NCBI GenBank assembly: GCA_050575255.1
Contig: JBNZDD010013558.1
Span: 1,245,418-1,309,417 of the forward strand
DNA: 64,000 nt
Origin: Harriotta raleighana
Lineage: Eukaryota
Direction: 5' to 3'
Part shown: positions 53,720 through 64,000 of the stretch, in pieces
Position numbering within the stretch: the first letter of the stretch is position 1
How the letters are laid out: each line of letters starts with the position of its first letter
The notes under the pieces: model-generated
What the model was told of the DNA's origin: nothing
Database searches by the model: none
What the model saw: only the letters and a program-made list of their open reading frames with translations
Made by a program: the position numbers and the translations under genes

Positions 53720-54065
53720 ATCCCTGTATGGCCTGGTGCATAACTAGGCCATTCAGCCCCCAGTCTGTTCTGAGTTTAATGATATTGATTGATCTCAGTT
53801 GTAGATAGTACAATTGATCCCCAAGCCCACACGGTTGAGAGGCAAGCAGCCGCCAGCTCCTGATCTCTAGCCAGTGACCCCTGCTGGAAATTCTGTGAGT
53901 CGGGTGAGGACGGGATCGGAGTCATCCCACCTGCCAACACTCACTGTTCAGTCTTGCACATTGAGAACTGCTACTGAGGAGTTACTAGAGGGCTGTCAGC
54001 ACCTGTGGAACTGTACCAGAGCAATATCTTCTGAAGATTTGGAGGGAGAAATCAGCCAAATCAGT
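53720..54065 (+). mobile_element. Ancient SINE (AmnSINE2-like, tentative)
   Basis: ctcctgatctctagccagtgacccctgctggaaa...gtgaggacgggatcgg...cctgccaacactcactgt...tggaactgtacc. Confidence 0.6.
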
Positions 54066-55106
54066 TCTGGAGAATAATGGATTTCTTATACAACACTCCA
54101 GGTATACTTCAGCACATTTACAGTACCAGTAATAACCGTCTACCATAAAGTATTAAGTGTTCCTCCACTGTCTTAGAATGTGTCAACACAGCCCACATTC
54201 AGTTTAACATGACTATTTATCCTGCCCTTTCCCTGCTTGGGCTTAAATTTGCATTGACAACTGTTTTTCAATCAAGAATACAGGTCTTGTACTTTTATGT
54301 AAGCTGTTCTCTTACCACCATAATAATTATTGTCAAGTATCAAATAAACGTATTATTATCATTAAGTATAATGATACCAAGATCTGATCAAAAGCTGTGA
54401 GGTGAATGAACGATCACAAAAACAACAATTTACATTATTATAACCCCCTCATGCAGGATAGTATCCCAAAGTCTGATTAGCAGATAGGTTGTTGAAGTAA
54501 AAAAAAAACTGCTCTTTAGTAACTTCCACCCCAACACACTTTATTCCTTTGGCTCTTAACTATTTTTCTAGGTTATAGTGTGACTTGACTTAATTTAATG
54601 TTACATTTACCCAAGTTTAATGTGAGAGAAGTGCATTTGAAAGATGGGTTTATAGCATGTGTGCTCCAAGACAGTGGTAAAATAATCAGCAGAGAACACA
54701 ATCAGGCTCTTGTTTTAGAATTTTTGGGCAAATTCATATGAATTGGGTTAAAATATATTAAAGTAATAAGAAGGATAAAACAAATTGAGGAATGAGAAAT
54801 TGGCATGCAGCCACTTTACAAAAGGTGTAAAGAGATTATAGGATTAGCTGCAGTCACACGTATATATATTCACAAAGTAAATGACAGGGTAATTCACACC
54901 TGGAATAGGTATGAGAAGATTTTGGTGTAAAGTACTTGCATAATGAGTTGAGGTCGATAACGGCTAATAAAGTCACTAAAGTAGTTCAGGATATTAAACA
55001 AGCTCCATCATGGCACAAGTTAGGATACATTGTAAGAATGAATGGGAAGTGGTCTGATACTTTGAAAATAAGCAGATTAGTGTACAAAATGCTATGAAAG
55101 TGAATA

Positions 55107-55804
55107 CAGGCAGTCCTCAAGTTACGTCAGGGTTAGGTTCCTAAGATGTGGTGTAAGTCGAATTTGTATGTAAGTCGAGTCACCCCCCCCTATAATGCTT
55201 ACAGTAACATACAGTGATTGGTTGTAGTGTATAGTGAGCTGCCCTCTCTCCCCTGCACCCCTCCTAATATGTACAGTACTGTAAATAAAATAAAATATTA
55301 CTATACTTACATGGCTTCATTGTGAGTCTGTCACTCGATGTAGAGCAACACAGGAGATCACACGCGACGTAGCGCAACACAGGAGATCACACGCGATGTA
55401 GCTCAACGCAGATCACATGCGACATAGCGCAACACAGATCACATGCGACGTAGCGCAATGCAGATCACGCGTGACGTAGCGCAACGCAGATCACAGTGAT
55501 GTAGCGCACCGTCTAAAGGCTGGAGAGTACTGTCCCGCCGAGCTCACAGACTCACACAGTACCTGTACAGTACATACTCGCGTCTCGCCTCCATCCTGTT
55601 CCTGTCCTGAACACGTATCGTGGGCCTGTAAGTGTTGAGAGCGGCGACTCCAGTTTTCTATCGCGCGTGGGGCAACTAAAGTATTTACATAGTAGTGTCG
55701 TAACTTCGAGAACTTGGATGTAACTCGGACGTAATTTTACTGATTTTAAGTGTCGTAACTTCGAATTGTCGTACCTCGAAAGGTCGTAACTAGAGGACTG
55801 CCTG
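55107..55804. mobile_element. Non-autonomous pogo/Tigger-type (Tc1/mariner superfamily) DNA transposon, 698 bp
   Basis: TIRs caggcagtcctcaagttacg (55107-55126) and cgtaactagaggactgcctg (55785-55804), 19/20 match; TA on both flanks; subterminal gtcgtaact repeats; no transposase ORF. Confidence 0.9.
55337..55510 (+). repeat. CpG-rich minisatellite, ~6.5 units of 25-29 bp
   Basis: Unit cgaygtagcgcaacrca(gga)gatcacayg repeated head to tail. Confidence 0.9.
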
Positions 55805-56229
55805 TAGTGTCCTTTGACTCGCCATTGATTGGTGTGCACTTTGGTAAAAGTAACTAGGCTACAGTTTGAGACAATACATATTCCCACAGTCTGTGCAGAG
55901 TCTCTGTATCTGTAGCCAGAATGAGCACTGGGTTACATTAATTTATGTAAAAGAAAATCTGTCATTTAAAATGTTGTGCTGCATCTCGTCAAAAAGGCTA
56001 GGAACAATGTTACCATTATTGTCCTAGAGCAAAGATTCAAAATGTTGGCACTGAATGTAGATCCCCCCATCCGTGCAAATATTCTACTTACAGTACGTAT
56101 AATGATTAATAGTTTCAATTAATACTCTACTGTACAGATGAAGTCTCTGGCAAAAAAAAAACCCTGCGGCTCCCTTCCTCCAGCCTGCACACAATGCTTG
56201 AACATTAGGTGTTCTGTAAATGTTGCCAA

Positions 56230-56600
56230 CTTTCTCCTCTTCTACTGAAGAGAGTCCACTGCTCCACGGATGTCTGCAGCCCTCTAGTAGCCTGCTTAAA
56301 GAGGCCATTCTTTATACACATGAGCCTAGAGGGTGTGTGTCAGGTGCCTATTTGAGTATTCCAGCGAATCAGTAGAGGCTGTGCAGCTGTTCTTCAACAT
56401 CTCACACACAAACCTTCCTGAAAGGGTGACTGACCAGTGACCAACCCCCAACCATTCCATCAAATGGCTGATTTTTCCGGTTGTCCATTTGCAACACCCC
56501 AAAGTTTGGCAAACGCAGCACAGACTAGGAATGAAAACCCATTTCTATTCTATATGTCTTAGTGTTATATGGGGTCGTATTCAGCCGTCAAGTGTGCCTA
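56230..56600 (-). mobile_element. Ancient SINE (same family as 53720-54065)
   Basis: ccctctagtagcc...ggccattc...tgagcctaga is the reverse of the family core; a further piece lies at ~62760-63040. Confidence 0.5.
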
Positions 56601-58989
56601 CCACTCACTTCTAAAGTGATCTTAATACTTGTCTGCTCAAATACTATCACCACCACTGCACAACTTGCATTTATAGTGTCCCTCATGTAGAGTAGCGTCA
56701 CAGAGCACTTTGGAGAATTACACTATTTATTAACAAAGGGACGCTAATTACCCTTTGCCCAGTAAGAGTCCATAATCCACTGGTATCTATGTTATAACCG
56801 TATCAAATGCTAAAATGGTCACAATGCATTTGAAACTGTGGGGTCTAATTTCTGAACTGGTTTCCTAAATAAGGTATCCAACTTCAGGGAAAGCAGGACT
56901 ATTTTCAGTGGCTGGAAAAATGTTACCCCGACCTGCGGGAATATCCCACTTCCACCATCCATTTCTGGAGCGACGCTCCCGTAAATCATCAAGAATTCTT
57001 ACAGATTCCTTTTTACAGAACACTGCAAATTAGATCCCTATATAGGAAATATTGTGGAGTACATCCAGAACAAATGAGTAATACCAGGAACAGAAAAGCA
57101 CAGGATTTCTGTTTTCAGTAAAGTTATTTTCTTTTCCTTCGAAACTATGTTACAGCAGGGACCTTTACTGCAATTTTGTGCTCAGTTCACCATTACCTCT
57201 TGTTATAGCTCTCATTAATCACTGCTCTGTGGAGCTAAACATCAGTCTTTTCTATTCTCAATGCTATTTTCCTACTTCTGTGAAATGTAACTCTTTATGA
57301 TGCAAAGTTCGCTTAATAATCATAATTGTACTCAAAAACAGTTCATTTACACAGTTCATTAGTACCAGCATGCAAATACCATCATCCATTTGTAAAAGGA
57401 TATGGCAATCTCTTAAAAGTTCTGTAGCAGGATAGCAATAACATAGCAATAGCACTGTCACTCTACTCAAAGAAGCAGTGAGAGCCCACAACAGTGCCCA
57501 AATGAATAAAATGAAACTGTATAAAAAAACAAATATTGAGCGATAAGAAAAAGATTTGACTGCTGAAGCCAGTAGTAGATTCAATACCTTATGATAGGTA
57601 CCTTAAGGTACAATAAGGTACCTTATGAGAAATTTTCACTCAGGCTGAAGTTTCCTTCTGGGATCAATGGGATTTAACACTAAATTTCATCAAAGACAAA
57701 TTGTCTCTGAGCGGGATAAACAAGTCATTCTTCATTTCCCTCAAACCGACTAAGTGTATAGTATCAGCACTGGTTATTATTCCCAAGCAAGTTATAGTCA
57801 AAACTCCATTAAAAGATCTCTATTTTTATGGAGCTGAGCTTTTTTTCCCCCCCAAATGCAGATCTTTGGGTCTAAAGTAATCTCATCTGAAATCCACATC
57901 AACACATGCTGATAATGAAATGCTTCATTGCCTTGTTCTTGTTTTTACTTAATTGCTGAAGTCCTGCCTAATAACAGAGGGACCTAGAGGTCAAGGCTCA
58001 TGTCACAAAGTCAAAGCCCAGAGCTGCTGAGAGTGGGATTTCAAATTAAAACAGATAACTGTAAAAACTGTGGTATTGATGTTTCCAGTAATCTGCTTAT
58101 TCACTTCAATTCTGATGTATTTGCCCATTATCCATGTGTCCTGGGATGGGATTATATAACATTCATGGCATAACTGCTGTAAGATTTAGATGCCCTTATT
58201 GGGCAAAATCCACCAAAAGGCAACTTTCAATAAGTGCCTTTAACAAGTGAAGGAAAAGATGGGGATCAGAATATCTATGTAAACTAACAAAATTGTAATC
58301 AGTAATTGAAAACTGATTTTGTAAGGTTACATATTGTTAATAATCCTTGAATTTGAAATGTTACCATCATAGGATTTTCTGTAAAGTCTGCATTTTGTAG
58401 ACAAAAGCCCTACATATAAAACAACAAGCCTTCTACACAAAGTGAACTATAATTAAGGGTTACAAATTGCAAGCATGTTTCCAGATTGTGTCTGGAAATG
58501 CTACATTCATCCAGTCCAGGAATGGGGCAAACAGTAATGAGTCAGGAGGAAGCACAGTATGATTTATATTTCTTGGGCTACTTTGTTACCTCAAAAATCA
58601 GTTTTCAAAACAATCTAACAAAATAATTGACGACATTTGATATACTGTTCCTCTCGTCACAATTGGTAAATATAAACCCCTGATCCATGAATGCTTTCAT
58701 TTACCATATAGCAATTCATTGATTTCCAACGCTGCTGCTCACAAAACAAAAATTAGCTTTTGAAGCCAAGATCAGAAGCGTCCTCATCATTCTCCCTTCA
58801 TGCTATTCAACTTGTCTTGATGACACACTTTACTCTGGGACCACAAACAGCCTCCTCTCCCAGCACAGCTATCCATCTTTCATCGTGCTTTAATCCATTT
58901 TCATTTTGTTAACCCGGGCACATCACTACTGTTGCTCCGATCTCCATATCTAACTCTCCAAGTTAACCAAAATCTACATATCTGTTAGC

Positions 58990-59375
58990 CCAGAGACCTA
59001 ATAAGGGTTTTCAAAATCATGAGGGGATTCGATAGGGTAAACAAGGAAAAACTGTTTCCACTGGTGGGTGTGTCAGTGACCCGAGATCACAGATTAAATA
59101 TAGTTTCTAAAAGAAGCAGAGGGGAGGTGAGGAGAATTTTTTTTTGTGCAGCGAGTCATTTAAATCTAGAATGCATTGCCTGAAAGGGTGGTGGAGATTG
59201 ATTCGATAACAACTTTTAAAAGAGACTTGGATGGTTATTTGGGGACAACAAGTTTGCGAGGTTATAGGGAGAGAGCCGGGGAGTAGGATTGACTTTGAAT
59301 AGTTTTTTTTCCAAAGAGCCAGCACAGACACGATGGGCCAAATGGCCTCCTTTTGTGCTGTAGAATTCTATGATT
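58990..59375 (+). mobile_element. CR1 LINE 3' end
   Basis: RDLIRVFKIMRGFDRV-type ORF2 end, aatgcattgcctgaaagggtggtgg, tail gatgggccaaatggcctcc...gctgtagaattctatgatt. Confidence 0.88.
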
Positions 59376-60199
59376 AAACCATCCAACCACTCCACTTCAA
59401 CCTACACATCATTTTAAGCATGAAAACAGAAAGATCTCTGATGAAAACAAACATTTACAACATATACTCCAATATATTATTCATAAGTGGACTGTAATTG
59501 AAGGCTGCAAACTACTACTCCTCAGATTACAGAAGAAAGCAACAGTACATAATGATAGCTGAAATTAAACACTATAAAATATAGCCCTGCTTTCGAAATT
59601 AAGCGGGTTGCGTTCTTTGTTTTAATCACAGCTTCTGATAACCTGCATTAACAGGGCTGTGGCCAAGCAATATTAATTTGTGAGAATACAGAATACTATT
59701 CTATTTTTCTTCGTGGGCCTCCAACGAGAAAGGTCCATAGTTATAATGTAGTTCTATACACAGCATTGCTTTTGCAATCCTGGATGCTTTTCTGAAGGGA
59801 TGCTAAATTTTTCTGGCAGATTTTCCAGGAATGTACTATAAATCATTGCATTTTCCTTTTGGCAGTTATGATTTGCTGGTAACTAATATTCTCTCATCGT
59901 TTGATCAATTATTGTTCCATGCTTCCAACAAACTGCTAAAACGTAAACTAGCTGTAAAAGACTAACAAGTGAAATGATGGCAACTATAGTACTAAACTTT
60001 TTTTTCCCACTCTGGTGTTTTTGATTAGCAAAACACAAGTGCCAATTGCCAGCCAACCTCAGAGACTAGGCCATGACCATCTTAAAAAATTTTCAATTTA
60101 AACTTACATTTCGATTCCAAAAGACTGCTCTTAGATAAAAAATGTTTCACTAATGCCCTAATCTTTACTTGTTATTTATACAATACCCTAAAAGTCTCC

Positions 60200-60520
60200 T
60201 GTTTACTCAACAAGCACTGGCCATCTTCATGTCCCCTGTTCTACCATCCCTACCATTGGTGGTTAGGCTTTCAAACTCTCTGCCCTAGCTCTCTGGAACT
60301 TCAACCTAGACAGTTTCTGGCTTGATCTCTCCCTCACTTAATTCAAGGTTTTTGAATTAAGGTTGGTCTGTATAGCTCAAGACCTACCCTTTGGCATGTT
60401 CTTTCGGTCATCTTCTCCCTCCTCTCCCTAGTTCCCATGTCAAACCAGAGTGCCTAGCCAGCTTAATGGTTTGGGACCATCTTCCTGACTGAAAAGGCGC
60501 TATATAAATGTAAATTTGTA
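60200..60520 (+). mobile_element. L2 LINE 3' end
   Basis: ccattggtggttaggctttc...ctctggaact and tail aaaaggcgctatataaatgtaa; similar to 2990-3345. Confidence 0.75.
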
Positions 60521-63500
60521 CTGTATATTGCAACACATCGATCCAGAGCAACTATACCATGAACATTACTGAATCTGCATTTGGGATAATTAGGATCTTA
60601 AAATTCCTTGAGAGTTTAAAATGGTGTGAATTCTAGAGCTTCAGGAAAGAAATTGTATTTCTTTCCGAGTCTGGGGGTGAGATAGAATTCTCTTCAAGTA
60701 TTCTAGCTTGGAAGTACAGGCTATATACGGATATGAAGCTGAACTGGCTCCAAGGTAACATGTTTGGCAATGGAAAGTCAGAATAGAGCCAACCCTCTGT
60801 GGCAGTCTTGGTAGTCCATTTCCTGAGCCAGGCAGGTCTACAGTACTGTTGATGACAGCTCAGTCAGCCTGGATCATCGGCAGGACTTGGAACGGTAGAC
60901 TAGTCACCGGGGGCAGGGTCTCTCCCGAATCAGCTCCTATGACCCCTGCAACCTGAAGCTCTAACAAGTAGGTGACCCTAGCTGGACAAGCAGGAAAAAA
61001 AAATACTTGCACGCAGTGCTCTCATTGCAAGCAGTGCAGTTTTAGATGGTTAAACTCCAGCAATACCCCAATGCACACTCTGGGTGTCCCCAAACCTTGG
61101 ACATACCTCATACATTATGGAATTAGGTAAACAGGATATGTTCCTCCAGGGAGTGTGCATTCCATTCCAATAAACATCCTGGGAATTTCCAGGTGTAGGT
61201 GGGATGCATGGAATTCTCAAGTTTGGTTACCATCAAGCACGTTGAAAGGTTTCTATACATCTAGCTGATCCCCCAAAAAAGGATGCAGTAAAGGATATGT
61301 CCGCTTATTAACCGAGTGAAAGTATAATGGAATAGAGCAAGAGTTTGCAGAGTCTGCCCGATTCCAGTTGCTGTATCTGTGGAGCCTCAGAGTGAAGCAC
61401 TTTGCAGTGGTGCAGAATTGCACACAGCGTACAGTTTCTCTGCACTGCGCCTATTAAAGTCAAGACTCGCCAGCATGCACAAGCTGAAGTGAATCCAGCA
61501 TTCCTCTGTATCCTGTCCTGCTCCCATCATCACAACATTCAGTGGTACACCAATTTGGAAGGCTTTGAAATAGTATTACTAGAATCAAACTATGGCAAAA
61601 TGATTTTTCATTTGTGCTGAGAAGTGAATTTTAGTGAGTTTCCTATGACTTTCCCATTTTTAAAAATAATATATCCATTGAGTCTATAAATTTTGTATTT
61701 CTTCCATTTATTATTATTAATGATGACTAGATATAACCACTTAATGCACATTACTCATCTTCATAATCAGAACAAAATTCTGTAAAAATTAATAATGCTG
61801 AAGTTGACATACGACACAATTTTTACTTTGTAAGTAAAAACATGTTTTTTTTGTACTAAAGATCGCTGAGCCCTTATCTATCTTTGAAGGGAAAAAAATA
61901 CACTAAATTCTCAAACTCAGTCCCACTGGCTTGGTGGGGGGAGGAGCTGAGCAGAGTTCCCAGGTGTCATTCTGTAGGGCAAAGGGGAAAACTTGGTGGA
62001 GAATTGCTGATACTGTATCTCCTGATGGGACAGTCATGAACAGCTAATATTGGTGATTTTGGAGCAAGTCCTAATGCTCATTCATGATTTTCACCCACAA
62101 AATACACGGTTGCTGCACTTTAATGTGTATTCTATTGAGACGTCTTGAAGACATGATAAGACGCCATATCAAATGTAAGGATTATTATTATTATCCCTCT
62201 CTCAGCTACATAATTTGTGTGACCAATGGGCAAAGCTATGAGGGGTGATGAAAAGGGGGAAAATGCTCTTTCACCTCAAAAAGAAATGGTTTTGACAATA
62301 ATGGGGTTGAAAAGATGCAATTCAGGAAAGCAGAAGGCTTGGTGACTGGCATGTTATTGTCAGAAAAATCACCTATTTTGGGAAGGGGATCCAATTGTGG
62401 TTATACAGCAGACTCATGACACCTTGGCTATCTCAGGTGGGAGCCACAGTCTGATGAGTCAGGCAATAGTGACGTACTTTCTCGCTGGAAATGGTAGTTT
62501 CTATTAGAAAGTTTTTTTTTCCAATCTCAAAAATGTTTCTTTAATCTACCACATGGCAATAAATGTTACACCATAGCCGGCATTTGTACACCTTTGCTGC
62601 ATTTAACAAAGTTAAGAGTCGTACAAAATTCTGGTCAAAAGTCACATTAAGATATTGCATTGAAAACCCATCGTAAAATATAATATTTTGACTTAAATTT
62701 CTCTCTCACGAGGGCAGTAACTAACTGTTCCATGGATGTTGGCAGTCTCTCCTTCCTGGCCCAAGTATTAAACCTGAAGTGTCAGCAGACTGTTTGACAC
62801 TAGAGAGTGTCACAGCTGAATTTCCTCCAATCCTTCAACTGACAGCAGCATTATAGATAAATTCCAGCACATCGTCACCAGATAGGGTTTAAAAGCATGA
62901 ATCCTGGCAGATGTTTCTCCCTCCCACCTCCTCCAACCACCCACTCCACCACCACCACCACTCCATGTCCAGGGACACTAAGACCAAATTGTACTTCCAA
63001 TCTGACCCAGATCAGCTAACACACACCAGCATTGGAAGTCTAAAATCCTGAAACGCTCCTGGGTTTCATGTCTTTCCGCAATACCACATAGTACGCATAG
63101 TACGCTAAAGGCACTGATGAAATTGCTAAAAAAAGTAGTGATGAAATTGGGAGTTTATATAAGAACTTATAAATCCCCCCCACCTTTAAATAACCGGAAG
63201 CAGGCTGAAGATTTTGTTCGCTGTCCAAAATCGTAATAGTAAGACACAAAATTAAATGTCAGCTAACCTTGTGCAAAATATAGTTCATGCTGTTAAGCGT
63301 TACATTTACAAATTATTTGAAAGAAGTACTGTGCCACAGTCTCCTGTTAAAAGCTGCAGTTTCAATTCACAGCATTCATTCTGCTGCATAAAATTGCGCC
63401 CCACCCACACCTAGCACGTTTGCACACTCTTGGTGAAACAAAAATGATCTTTCAGTTTTTAGCAGGTCTCATCTCCCCCCATCTTTGGTTTCCATTAGTT

Positions 63501-64000
63501 TTCCTGTGCAGGTCATAGAAGGGTGTATGTGTGTAGTGCAGTGGGGGGGGATGGGGAGGAGGGGTGAAGAGACACATGGACCACTCCTAATCGCCTCCCT
63601 ACCCCCCTCACCCCCACCTTCAGACAAGCTCCCCAGCCTGTGTAGAGCGTTGCTTTTGGAGTGATTTATAACCAACACCTTTCCTCTGGCATCTGTGCAG
63701 GGAAACACACATCACTGGGGGCCACTTTCATGATTTTGTTGCGACTAGGATTAGCTGGATTAGAGGCCAACTCATAAGGACCCCCTGCAGCCGTGAGGAA
63801 GTTTCATCACAGGGTCAGTGTGGTGTGAACTAAACTCTACCACCAACACCCCAAGCCGACCATAAAAATAGACACAAAGCCACAAACTGAATGCACAGTT
63901 TACAGCAAATGAGATTTCAGGGCTCCTCTCAAATCACTGAATACACATTTCAGTGCAAAGTAACCAGTGATAAATTCTATTTAATTTTCCAGCTATTCTA

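Noticed and set aside
55337-55510. CRISPR-like array
   Set aside because: Units are contiguous with no unique spacers, there are no cas genes, the context is vertebrate, and it lies inside a MITE. It is a minisatellite.
51698-64000. PTCH1 exon 2, first exons or promoter
   Set aside because: I found no exon-2 peptide (TM1 region) and no CpG-island promoter. The whole stretch appears to be part of the long intron 2.

Overview
This is vertebrate genomic DNA, most likely from a cartilaginous fish and possibly a holocephalan; the taxon is inferred only from the repeat mix (tRNA/Deu SINEs with L2-type tails, L2, CR1, Penelope). The window holds most of a patched-1 (PTCH1, Hedgehog receptor) gene on the minus strand. 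I traced 21 coding exons (human-numbered 3-23, 51697 to 15735), all with GT-AG junctions. They splice into one open frame of 3950 nt (2 nt plus 1316 codons including TAG). An intron starts immediately after the stop codon and is followed by a ~2.6 kb non-coding last exon. Exons 1-2 and the promoter lie beyond position 64000. The rest is intronic or downstream DNA with decayed transposons. Most notable: the C-terminal PPxY motif reads PPPC; a TSD-flanked fold-back Penelope-like insertion in intron 21 carries a hammerhead-ribozyme core on the pre-mRNA strand; the 3'UTR has a UAU-triloop hairpin and motif-rich blocks; intron 12 has a perfect GLI site; and a pogo/Tigger MITE carries a CpG minisatellite. 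I found no CRISPR array, prokaryotic system or convincing new protein-coding system. All comparisons with human PTCH1 and all repeat-family names come from memory and need alignment to confirm.
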